Position numbers and translations under genes: made by a program
Shown: in pieces, positions 39,750 through 52,330 of the stretch
Numbering within the stretch: the stretch's first letter is position 1
Layout: the number at the start of each line of letters is the position of its first letter
Notes under the pieces: model-generated
What the model was told of the DNA's origin: nothing
Seen by the model: the letters and a program-made list of their open reading frames with translations, nothing else
Database searches by the model: none
NCBI RefSeq assembly: GCF_964355755.1
Contig: NC_092676.1
Location: 439,788-503,787, forward strand
DNA length: 64,000 nt
Reading direction: 5' to 3'
DNA from: Antedon mediterranea
Lineage: Eukaryota; Animalia; Echinodermata

Positions 39750-41184
39750 TGTTTCCATGGGGAAGAAATAATAATTGCCTGGGCGGCCTACAGTGCTGTA
39801 TACTCTATGTAAAAAATGTAATAACTCATTGTAGCTGTCAAAAGGGAGAGTAGTATGCATCCCTGATGCTCCCCCTCTGGCCTAGGTGCAAAAATATTAT
39901 ATGTTGCAGTTCGTGCAATTTGCAACAAAATGCTAACTTTAAGTTGAGACTGTTTGTTTCATCTTATATTGATTCTTGCTTATATCTCATTTATTTCGCC
40001 ATAAATTGATAAACAAGTTTTGTTGTTCAGTAAACCTATTATATCATGAGCAATATTACATATCATTAGTACTTTTTATAGTGAGTCATAGATCTGTACT
40101 TTGATGATTCTCCTCGTTGGTAATGCTTAAGTATATTCTGAATTTCTCAATAGAAAACGTTACTGTTTATATGAAGAAAATTTAATTTACCACTGAACCA
40201 TAGCAATACCAATTAGTTGCCTGATGTAATTTCAGATTTGCAAATTGGCTACCAATAATTAAAGAGACTAGAGGGAATTAATTTACTGTCTGTTTATTTT
40301 GTGAATGCACAATATTCTATAATTTGTGGTAAATACTGAAAAGCATGGACTATATTATTTCTCTGTACAGTACGAGATTATTTGTTTACACGAGAATATC
40401 ACTTTCTAACACCACAGTACAGTATACATTTCATTAGGCTATTTCGTAACTGACAAGTTGGAAGCTCATTTAGTAAATACTGTACAGAATTTCTTGACAT
40501 TTTGCTGACATATTTTATAGTGTAAACTTGCATTTCCTGTCTATTATTATTTTGGTAGTTATATAGCAACTGTCAAATAAAGTAATTTTTGTTTTTTTGT
40601 ACTCCGTATCACATCAGTGTCTTTGGAAAAAAAATTGATATCCGTCTGATTTTTAAAAGATGTACTTGTGGCTTTAGGTGTCCTTGTTTTGAATATCATT
40701 ACATATTTGGGTGTAACCTACAGATCTCATCATACATGTAGGTTTTACTTGAATAAACCTGTAGTATGTGATTTATGTAAATTACAAGCTAATTACATGT
40801 TCCATTACTTGTGTCATCAAATCAATACTATACAGTTGGACTAAGTAGTCGCGGTGAACTGTCTTTAAATTTACATACTGTAGCTGTGTGAGCATCTCTG
40901 TAGTACAGTAGCTTTAAATGTTTGAAAAATTAGTTAGTTTTATTGTTTAGCATAACAAGGTAAAACAGTGTGAAATTTTAATAAGCAATTGTTGATAATG
41001 TCTGAGAAAATGCATGGAAGAATGCCACACTGTATTATTAAGCCTGAAGGAAGGTACTGTGTTATTAGAATTGCTACATTGTGTAAACAAATTTAAAACC
41101 GGACATTTTTAAAACAGAAATTTTTTTAACAAAAGATTAAAATACAAGTTGTATTGTGTATGTAATTTTAAAAATATTGTTTTG

Positions 41185-41421
41185 AACAATACTGTAGACC
41201 TGCGGTAGGCTTAGAACAACCACCTTGCTCTTAACAATACTGTAGACCTGCGGTAGGCTTAGAACAACCACCTTGCTCTTAACAATACTGTAGACCTGCG
41301 GTAGGCTTAGAACACCACCTTGCTCTTAACAATACTGTAGACCTGCGGTAGGCTTAGAACACCACCTTGCTCTTAACAATACTGTAGACCTGCAGTAGGC
41401 TTAGAGCAACCACCTTGCTCT
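41185..41421. repeat. Tandem array, 47-48 bp x 5
   Basis: Unit AACAATACTGTAGACCTGCGGTAGGCTTAGAACAACCACCTTGCTCTT. Confidence 0.95.
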
Positions 41422-42540
41422 AAACTAAATTGTCTGTACATTGTTACAGCATGCCACGCCTTGATACTTAATGGACAGGAATAGGCTTTAAAAATGCCAC
41501 GCCCTTTAGCATTCTACTGTATTGCCGAAGGCTTTAATTATTTTATGTCTGTTGGGTGTTCTGTCAGCCACACCCCTTCACTGTTTTACATTTTAATTAA
41601 TAACATACTGTAACAGTAGAGATACTGATATTATAATAATGGTCCTATAAAATTAAAAATATTGCTATTTATTACTCACACATTCACTGGCTCTGAGAAA
41701 TACACTATAAACAGAGTATAAACATTATGCTGATAGCATTTACAAGCAAGACTTTATTTCCAATGGTTGAACTTTGCTCAATAGATGTCAATTCAATCAT
41801 TCATTAACATGTGCATTAATGTAAAATTAATTTTGAATGTACAGTACATGCAGTGTGTGCTCCTACTATACATTACTACAGGTATAGTTTGTCCAAAATA
41901 TTAATATTCAAAGTGTAATAATAATAATAATAGTTCATTCTTATCTTATATCACACACTGTATACTGTAAGCAAGTTCTTAATGTGCTGCACATTATTAC
42001 CCGCTAAAAATGATTATATTTATTTCACTGGTCTCCAAAAGGAATAGTTCAGGAAAATAACTTGGTTCTTTATTTGAACCCTATGGAACTCCTTGGCTAT
42101 GGACTTGAATCCATTTGTTAAAACAACCTGCGTGCATTTTCAAAGATTTAGTTTGTGATAAAATAAATCTATAGTATCTATGGTTTTTTTTTCTTGGTGA
42201 AACTTTATACTATATAGTATTACTATCCTTACTTTTCCTTCTTTATTGCCAGTGACAGATTATAATTTACTGCAAGCCTTTAGTAATTTTATTTATATTT
42301 ATGAGCCTATTGTAATCCCATGAGCAATAGTAGCATTCAATACCTGAAACCTGAATAACAACATTATTATTAAATGTTTTTCCCCTTAATATTTGAAATG
42401 TTTTTTCTCGTTTGCCTGCTGGGATTGGCTGCTAATCTGTCATTCATCATCTACATGCAAACATAAATTATTTTAAATTGGATATTTTAGCATGCTTGCC
42501 TTCACCTTTAAAGCTAAAATTTACTTAATAGTAATCGTAA

Positions 42541-42650
42541 AGCTCTGTACGCTCTCAGTCATATCACTACCATATTTAGCCATATCGCTACCATATTTAG
42601 GCACATCACACTTTTTTTGTCACATAAACGTTGATAGTGTAGACAGAGCT
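42541..42650. mobile_element. MITE family A copy
   Basis: TIR remnants and core. Confidence 0.7.
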
Positions 42651-43414
42651 GTACAGTATAAAAGAATAGAATCATTATAATGGGGTAAGGGTACAAAATG
42701 GTATGCCAACCTACGACTAGTAGAGAAGTACTGTGAAAAATAGTGATTTATAAATAAACTCCCCCGGAAGTTTCTTTAGTCATTTCTATTTTAAAGACCT
42801 AGTGGAAAGGCGACTTTAAAATTGATAAACTTTTAAGATGGGTCAAAGACTTTGAAGGTGGGTAAGGTTGCACCTCCTCCGAACCCACATCTGCCTAGTA
42901 CAGTTTCTAAACTCATGACAGTTGATATTGCTGATAATTATATAATTTTTTAGATCAGAATGTCATTTATGGTAATTATTACATTACATTATGCAGTTTA
43001 CATTTGCTTTCATTTCAAACTGAATCCATACTCATAAGTGAATGCTTAAAAATGACTTACATTACAACAAATGTGAATATATCCTTAAGCAATACTTAGT
43101 GTCCTAAAAATCTGAACTGGATTTCTGAATTAATAGATCATTTAATATTATAGAAAATGCAGTATGAATTGTAATTATGTAGGTGGCAAGGAGGCTATGA
43201 ATATAAACTTACCTTTCTGGGTGAATTTATTGATCATCCTCTTTACCATGTGACTACTTTGCTATTCACGATATTGCAAGGGTGATAATTATATCTTGAG
43301 TTAACTTACGGTTAATCGCTTCGAAATTTTGTGTTCAGATTTTTGTCGTTGATAAATTTAACAACTGTTTTAGCATTTATTTTAAATGTAGAGAATTTAT
43401 ATAGTTAACACTAC

Positions 43415-44756
43415 CAGGGCATCACGTATGCAAAACCCAGGAGAGCAACAAATCGCTCTCCTCAAATCACCGAGGAGAGCAATTCGCTCTCCTTGCAAAA
43501 ATTTTAAATCGCTCTCCTCAAATATTTATGTTGAAGTTAAAGGATGGTCGCCCTTATTAAAAATGGCTGGCACTTATTAATTTTTTTTACACATTTTTTT
43601 GCCCGACAGGGGATAACCCCCCCCCCCCCCCCCCCCCCCCACGGGCACAACAGATGTATACTGTACCTCTCCCCTAAAATCCCCCACACCCACCTTTACA
43701 CACAATATTTTCCGTGGGGATCGTATTATTCTACAGTACAAAAAACTCAAGCCAATTTTTTTTTTATGGCCTGCCTGGGTAGATTGGGTTTCAGGAGCCT
43801 GGAGAATCCTGTCCTGGCCAACTATAATTTTATATGCCTAGCTTTTCTAGCCTAGCTTGTTGGCCTAGAAATCAGACAGAAAACCTGAAAAGTATTTACC
43901 TGCAATTCATAAATTATACAATTCTAACATGCAACAGCCATTAAAATATTGATAATAAGTTACAAAGTGTCATTTTAAAATAATTAAGAAAGATATTTGA
44001 TCGTGTTTACATGTGTCACACATGGGCGCACGCACAATATAGGGGAGGGCTGAGAGAGCTTCTAGAAGATGCTGACGTCACACATCAGCACGTGTTTTGA
44101 GGAGGATTTGAGTGACCAAAATTGGTTAGAACTTTCGAAGAAATAATCCATCTTCAAAATGACATAATTAAAGCAACCAGCAGCTAAGCTTTTTTAAATA
44201 ATAAACATTATATTTAGGCCTCCTATATTAATGTTTCCTTTTAAAATTAAATATATTTTATTAACTCGTTCCATAAAAACATAAAGGGAAAAATTATTGG
44301 TTGGGATATGATCTTCCTGTAAAGGAGGTGTTTCTATGACACCGTACTGGTTGCACTATGAGGCGATAAAGTAAACTCGCCCTTCCTTGAATGCGCGCAG
44401 GCAGGGGAATCCCCTTTGTTGGTACCTCGCACTGCTGTGAGATGGAGCGCGATGAATTGCTCTCCTTTTCGAAGGTTGTTGTTGATTGCGATCGCGCTTG
44501 CGATCCTTAAAAACGAGGGACTGCCATTAGGCTTGTAGCTTTATAACTTAGCTTATATATTATTAGCCTAGGCCTAGATTGGTTTTAACTTTTAAAAATC
44601 CACGTGTTTTTAGGCCTCTTGACAGAAAAATCAACACTATCAAAAGCTAGGCTCTATTTTGAAAATTAAGGAGCGCGATAAATTGCTCTCCTCGAAGCCT
44701 GTTGAGGAGCGCGGAGGAGCGCGGTCGCGCAGGCGCTCCTTATAAATGATGCCCTG
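43415..44756. mobile_element. Non-autonomous hAT-like transposon with a 6-bp TSD
   Basis: TIR CAGGGCATCA / TGATGCCCTG; CACTAC on both sides; subterminal GGAG(A/C)GC..GCTCTCC repeats. Confidence 0.8.
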
Positions 44757-45613
44757 CACTACAGTGCAGTTAAATACTCTAAACATTTTAAAATGTTTTT
44801 AAAACCACTCTGCAGTGATTTTTACAATCACAAATGTGACATTAATTCCTTTGTTATTCTTGTGTGTATCAATTCTTCTACTCCTTATTTTAATGTTCTC
44901 GTATTAATGTATGCCTGAAGTAGTGACAATGTTTATTATGACATTTAACATTTCTTTCAAGCAACATGAAGCAATTTAATGAGCTTTTTCTGCAGGGTGC
45001 GTGAGGTATTCTACTCGCATTCATATACACATAATAGTAGTAATACATAGTTATACAAGGTGAGGTATTCTGCTCACATCATTCTTACAGTAAACCATAA
45101 TACAATAGCTGGAATATCAAAATGGCATTTATTACATTAAAATACAATTTAGCTGGGATGAATGTAGTTAAAGGTTTAAATCAAAATACAGTACATGAAA
45201 ACAGGCCTAATGAAAGTATAACATTGTAGATGTTTGTTATCATTTTTAATTGGTCTCCACAGACTGTTTGTTGCATCTGAAGTTGCCAGTAATACTTTTA
45301 GGTTGTGAAGACAATCAGGTATGTTAATTATTTGTGTGCGTTTTATTTATTGATCTGGCATGACTCACCGGCAGCTTACTATATGAATGAGTATTCATAG
45401 TTCTTGCACAGACCTATGGTTTATGTACCCATTAACCTGCTAATAAATAATATTGCATTCGTAGTGTAACAAGTGATAAGATACAGAATACAAAAGAGTT
45501 TCATCTCATAACATTTTATTGAATTTGATCTGACGTTTTTGTGCTGTTACTGTCTGTAAAATTGATACAACAGAGTATTTTATTGGGATGGGTATTTGAA
45601 AGGAAAAATAGGA

Positions 45614-46085
45614 TAAAAGAGTATGATGTACTTATAAAGAGTATGATGTACTTATAAAGAGTATGATGTACTTATAAAGAGTATGATGTACATATAAAGA
45701 GTATGATGTACTTATAAAAGAGTATGATGTACTTATAAAGAGTATGATGTACTTATAAAGAGTATGATGTACTTATAAAGAGTATGATGTACTTATAAAG
45801 AGTATGATGTACTTATAAAAGAGTATGATATACTTATAAAAGAGTATGATGTACTTATAAAGAGTATGATGTACTTATAAAGAGTATGATGTACTTATAA
45901 AGAGTATGATGTACTTATAAAAGGGTATGATGTACTTATAAAGAGTATGATGTACTTATAAAGAGTATGATGTACTTATAAAGAGTATGATGTACTTATA
46001 AAAGAGTATGATGTACTTATAAAAGAGTATGATGTACTTGTAAAAGAGTATGATGTACTTGTAAAGAGTATGATGTACTTATAAA
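45614..46085. repeat. Minisatellite, 20-21-bp unit ATAAA(A)GAGTATGATGTACTT
   Basis: More than 20 tandem units visible. Confidence 0.95.
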
Positions 46086-46232
46086 ACTGTGGCACTATTT
46101 GTTCATTCAGTGCTATTGTGAATTAGAGCTGCTGTCCTGTTTTAAAGGTAAGTTCATATTGAAGCTATTCATCATGGATCTGTTGCTGAATCTTTACTAA
46201 ATGTCTACGCATTTTGTTGTCACATTGTGTAA

Positions 46233-46391
46233 AGCTCTGTCTACACTATCGAACAAGTTTGACAAAAAAAAAGTGTGATGTGCTTAAATATGGTAGTGAT
46301 ATGCTTAAATATGGTAGTGATATGACGACATGTCCATATATGGCCACATCACATTTTTTGGTCACATAAAGTTTGATAGTGTAGACAGAGC
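46233..46391. mobile_element. MITE family A copy
   Basis: Both TIRs and core. Confidence 0.85.
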
Positions 46392-47749
46392 ATTAGATAT
46401 TAAGGTACCTTATTTTACCTTAAATTTTATTTTATTATAGTTATGCAGATGATACATAAAGTGAACCTCTGTTGATCAGATTTAGTTTTGAACTTTAAGA
46501 CTGTTAACAATCCTTGTCTGATCCATCTATGAATCGAAAGACCCCTATAGTAGCTATGTCAATCTTTTATAAACTGTTTGAATGAAAACATGCCAATCCT
46601 TAAAATTGGGGATATGAAATGGACAGGTTTGAAGAATGTCAATCCAAACGATTTAGTGCCATGACATTGATAAGTACTGAACTTAATGCACCTTTTGAAC
46701 CAAATGTATGCTTGATCTACATTCTCTAGCAACAAAAAGTCAAAAGAGAATTTTAAAATGACGGGAAAAGGTGTGTTTCCAAAGTCAAATGCCTTTGTAT
46801 TGAAAACACGCAATTAACGCAATGTTTTTTTAAAAATGCTTACAAACAGGAAGATGGCCGCTATGATTTAATGTGACAAACAAGTGTTGGTTGGATGTAA
46901 TGCGCATTAATGTTGTTTTCAAGGGAATACTAGTGATGAGTCATACAAGAAGTTTATTAATAAATATTAATTGGAATTTAAATCCTAGTTAAGAGCCATT
47001 GTCTCCTTGTTGTCAGCCTAGCGTATTCATCCTCACTGATGATGGTGTGATGACATTAATGCATCACTTGTAAGTTGTATGACTCATGTTTTTATTACTG
47101 GCTTTAGACCTCCAGAAACTAGTCTCCTGCACTCTGTGAAAAATGTCCATATGTCAGTTCTTCTAGTCTATTTCGTGCCTAGCTTACCTGGATAAACCGA
47201 CAATAGCCCATGCTTTCCAGAGGGAGGTACTTGACACTTGGTGGTTGTCCTCTTAAATCTCCATACTCTTTTCGTAACGTGAATACATTAATGACATTAT
47301 ATCGTGATACGTTGTACTCAATTAAATAGGAAGTAAACACAGAAAGCTAAGCGTGCTGTACTTGTATATTTAGCATACGTATCTTCTAATAGAGTATGTG
47401 TCCAACTAGGACGAAAAAGAACTAAGCTGGGTTTTGAGATGTTTTCTGGCTGAGTGTTGTATTTGAGTAATACGGTAATGTATTTATCTCCAGACAATTT
47501 ATATGTCATTACATTTACAGGAACCTACATATTGGAAGGAGTATTGCCTTTAAATAATAACAATAAACTTTTATATTAATAGTAGACTCTTGAGGAATAC
47601 ACATATCTTTAAGTGCTCCTGATCTCACCAACTTTTTTCTTTTGTATGTAGGTGCCTGTCCTGTTTTATAAAATTTATCCTTAATGTTGTTGCCAATAAA
47701 TTAAAAATCTTAAAGAACAGAAATATTTTATTTATCTTTCTCTTGAGTA

Positions 47750-48021
47750 CTGTAGATAGGTATAGTGTCAAGAGTAGCTGTACTTTAACCAGTCAAGTCT
47801 AGATGTACTGTAGGATTCTGTAGATAGGTATAGTGTCAAGAGTAGCTGTACTTTAACCAGTCAAGTCTAGATGTACTGTAGGATTCTGTAGATAGGTATA
47901 GTGTCAAGAGTAGCTGTACTTTAACCAGTCAAGTCTAGATGTACTGTAGGATTCTGTATATAGGTATAGTGTCAATAGTAGCTGTACTTTAACCAGTCAA
48001 GTCTAGATGTACTGTAGGATT
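47750..48021. repeat. Tandem array, 68 bp x 4
   Basis: Unit CTGTAGATAGGTATAGTGTCAAGAG..GTACTGTAGGATT. Confidence 0.95.
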
Positions 48022-48234
48022 TGTGCCATTTATTTACCCTGGGACTATTGCTTTTCACTAGCAGGGCACAAACAAAGTCAAAATTGAGAGGATTTTATGT
48101 TTTACTTTCAATAACCCTACATTTGTACAATTTACTTGAATGCATTGATGCTGTGTGTTAAATTTTCCCATCTTCAGTGAAACTGAAAACTTAAGGCAAC
48201 ATTTATTTGTAGTACTAGTAGTATACACTAATAT

Positions 48235-49149
48235 ACAAATAATGAATGTTTATGAGTGTAATGGTACAAATAATGGCACGAGGTGAATGATGAAAGGTTA
48301 TATTTCAACGAGGCGATGAGCCGAGTTGAAATATAACCTTTCATCATTCACCAAGTGCCATTATTTGTACCATTACACGAATACAAAACATTCATTATTT
48401 GTTTTATATAACATCTAAATAAATTCTAGTTATTTGAATCAAATAAAAGGTAGCCCTAGCCAAAGTTTACTACATTTCATTCACACACATTGATTAAAAA
48501 CAGTAACATTTCGTTTTAAATAATTTTATATTAAATGTTATATTTATATGGATTTCGTAAACACACCTACTTTTGTGTTAATTATGTCAACAAACGACCA
48601 AACAATCCTAGGCCTAGCAAGGCTAAAACGCCTAGGCTAGGCCTAGCCTAATACTAGCATGGCCTAGGCTAGACCTAGTAGCCTAGTACTAGCTTGGCTG
48701 AAAGGCAAAACTTCGACAGACAATTGGAACTTATCTAAGCTAATTATGGTTTTTCCAACAATTCCACGTCCTGTAGGAATGTCCCCATTAATTAATCAAA
48801 ATCCTAAAAACGATTTAAAGCTAATTTAAATGCCTTTTTGAATGAAATTAGTACATAATGTCCAAATCGTACACAAATATCTGCTGCTGTTGCATATCTC
48901 GCGGTGGTGTTTACAAATGAAACTCAGACCAGACGACAGGTGGCGCTGTTGTATTTCACAGTACATAGCCATATCATAGGATAATTTGTGTACTAGATTT
49001 TTTTTCATCCGCGAGACGTTTTTTTTTTCGTACACAAAAATGTTTCAAAAAGTACTATTTAACGATCGTTGAATAGTGCGTACTATTGCACGCCATGTGA
49101 CCCACATTCGTCCAATCAAATGACAGGAATTTATTTAGGTGTTATATAA
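48235..49149. mobile_element. Crypton-like non-autonomous element (long terminal hairpin plus inverted repeat pair)
   Basis: About 80-bp-arm palindrome at 48235-48402; TTATATAACATCTAAATAAATTC (48404-48426) is inverted at 49127-49149. Family assignment rests on architecture only. Confidence 0.6.
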
Positions 49150-49163
49150 TAATAATCATTTCA

Positions 49164-49567
49164 CAGTAAACTTTACTTGTACACCATTGAATAGCATGAT
49201 TGAGGGTGAGTCCCACTCAGCAGCAGCCATCAGTAAACTTTACTTGTACACCATTGAATAGCATGATTGAGGGTGAGTCCCACTCAGCAGCAGCCATCAG
49301 TAAACTTTACTTGTACACCATTGAATAGCATGATTGAGGGTGAGTCCCAGTCAGCAGCAGCCATCAGTAAACTTTACTTGTACACCATTGAATAGCATGA
49401 TTGAGGGTGAGTCCCACTCAGCAGCAGCCATCAGTAAACTTTACTTGTACACCATTGAATAGCATGATTGAGGGTGAGTCCCACTCAGCAGCAGCCATCA
49501 GTAAACTTTACTTGTACACCATTGAATAGCATGATTGAGGGTGAGTCCCACTCAGCAGCAGCCATCA
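49164..49567. repeat. Tandem array, 67 bp x 6
   Basis: Unit CAGTAAACTTTACTTGTACACC..CAGCAGCAGCCAT. Confidence 0.95.
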
Positions 49568-50600
49568 AGCTTGTTTACGTGATCACTCAACAATAGTTCA
49601 GTTCTTTACATCTTGTTCTGTGACCTCTATTATTGTTTATAGCTGTGTATTACTTCCTATTGTCATTACAGATTTACCTGTGTGTATACTGTTTAAACAC
49701 AGGATGTAAAAATACAGCTCTTTTTTCATTAACAATACATTTTTTTGCTGTTATTGTTACAGGATATTTCTTCCTCTCTTAAGCTCCTTATTATTTCTTC
49801 CCATTGTCATAAACAATTTAGCTGAGTACTCTACTTAACCACAGGATGATGCAAAGTTTATTTTTATTACTAAATATGTTCACTGGTAATAACTGGTAAA
49901 GCATTTTCCATTAAAAAAAAAGAAGACATTTATTAGATTTTTGGAAGTCAATTTTTTATAAAGTTTACACATAAAAGAAAGAAACACAGACAAATATTAT
50001 TGGGTTTTATTATGTAGTTATCCTTATTTTGATCCTAGAAAATATCAGCCAGTACTGTTTGGTGGACCAGTGCTATGAATGTGGTTCTATTTTAGACCTT
50101 TACGACTCCCCAGTCACTGCATCATATTATTCAATTACCTCTGAAATATGTACATCATACTGTGTGTAAGATCTGGTCAGTTTCATAAATATACATTTTT
50201 CTCTCATGCTTTTTCCTTTTTATTTTAGTGAAACATAAATTAGATCTGCACCTTTAATTAAAAATATGATTCTAGAAATCTAGGAGGCTAGTGAAGGGAT
50301 TAAAGGTATTCATCTAGATTCAAATATTGTGTTCTAAAATCTAATAAAAATACTGTAGAAATCTGTAGCTTATTATTCACTAACCTCCCTCCGAAAACTT
50401 GTAATTTACACTCATTCCTTGAGGGAACAGCTCGATTTTTGTGTAAAAAGCATACCATTGGAGAATAGAGGTCACATGTTCATTAGGGATGATCTTAACA
50501 ATTCAATTGTTCATGTTTTTTAGTATTCCATTAATAAACGTTGCTAAACACTACCATATTTAAAGTGGATGAATTAAACCAGCATCCACTGTTGACATAA

Positions 50601-51865
50601 GGCCAAATAAAAAAAAATACTTGTTAAGCGTCACACCCTCATCAATTTTCAGGGGCGGGGGGACGGTTTTTTTTTTTTTTTTTTTTACTTTTTATGGAGG
50701 TATAATTTTGCGCGATGGACGTTTTGGCCCACTTTTTTTTAGGACGAAACGTCAAACTTTTAAAATGCGAAACAGAACAAAATTGACTATGTATGAAATA
50801 TTATTGCCGATGACAAAATTGAGTTTTGTATTGTTTATATCCAGACGTAATTAAAACATTAAATTTAATTGCCACCGAGCGAAATTGTAGGCCCTAGGCT
50901 AATCCGTCCAAGCTGCCACCCCCGCCTCACTCATCGGCGGCCATGGTCCGCCGTCTCTCGCTCGACTCATCTATCCAGGAAATTCCCTATCGCGAGAAGC
51001 ATGATGTTGGTCTCAATAATACTAAATTATAGTGGGCTGATTTTGAAAACAGCTTACGGCATTTCTTAAGTGAATTTTTATTCAACGTATTCATTCTTCT
51101 TTGATGAATCCGTTGCCAATTGCTGTGTAAATCAGTATTTAAAGTTGTGATGCGAAAAGTGTGTGTAATTATTCCACAGGTAAACCAGGCATAAGAAAAC
51201 GCATCGCCGGGCCCATCGCCCAACAGGACCCTCGTGGTGTGCCGATCTCGAGCGCGAGATCATCGTAAACAAAATTGGTAGAGTCCATTATGTATGGGGT
51301 GTTTCCTATTTACGAACCTATAAAAAACGCGTTTCGACCACTGTGTAGGCAAAATATTTATTTCAGTAATCCCTAAATTGATAATCGTGTATTCTATCAC
51401 GTGACTGATGATGTAATCCTCAGCGACGTACTAAATGCACGTGATTTAATGTGTTGGGGAAAAAGCTTGCTGTTTACCACACATGATTCGCGGTGCTATT
51501 CGCGTTTCCTTGACGTAAATCGGCGGCGTGTAAATGAAACAATTGTTTTCACCAAATTGCCGTTGTCGACATAGAGCGATCGGTGGCTAGCTAGCGTGGC
51601 TAAGCTAAGAAGTACGTATTTTTCAAAAATTACACCAGCCTAGCAAACATTTGCTAGTTTTGAAATTTTCAACTAGCAATTATAAAGAATCTACTAGCAA
51701 AATGCTAGTTTGCTAGCGTGAATTTTGAGCCCTGCTCTGGAGCTGGGCCGGGCCGCTAAACTTTCCGTTGTATATGGGTAAAAAAAAAATAAAAATAAAA
51801 AGAGAGGCGGCTGGATAATCAGGAGCGGGCGGTGACGCTTAACAAGTATGTTTTTTTATTTGGCC
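50601..51865. mobile_element. Non-autonomous Zator- or PIF/Harbinger-like transposon
   Basis: About 34-bp TIR GGCCAAATAAAAAAA.ATACTTGTTAAGCGTCAC; TAA on both sides. A hAT-like end (..AATTTTGAGCCCTG ~51734) lies inside, with no partner found. Confidence 0.8.
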
Positions 51866-52330
51866 TAATTGGTGTTTATTCTTAGTCTAGCTGTTTGGTG
51901 TTTACTTTTGGTAATTACTTTGGTAATTAATTCTGAATATTAAGATCATGATACAGATTTTTGTTCGAAGTGTTGTCTCTATGGTCACAAGGACAAAATT
52001 AAAATTTAGTTTTATAATACAAGAGGTACCATTACTGTACATTTAGATACAAATACATACTAAATACTAAGTAAATTATAACCATGGATGAAAAATCTTC
52101 CATGTAGTAAAATGAAATTCAATTAATATAACTCTCCTCCCCCCCCCCCCCCCCCATCCCCTACTTTTAGTTTGTGTGCTTTTATTTCTATATTAATGTA
52201 GTTTATTATTGCACACAAAGTTAATTTTTATTTTTGTGGAAATTAATTTAAATGAAATGTTTTAATTTATACAATACAATAAGGTACTGTAGGTACTTGG
52301 AGACATTAATAATAGTACATGTTTGTAGGA

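Noticed and set aside
41925-42005. SINE/LINE tail fragments (also ~25850-25892 and ~57020-57075)
   Set aside because: Too short and degenerate to bound or classify by eye.
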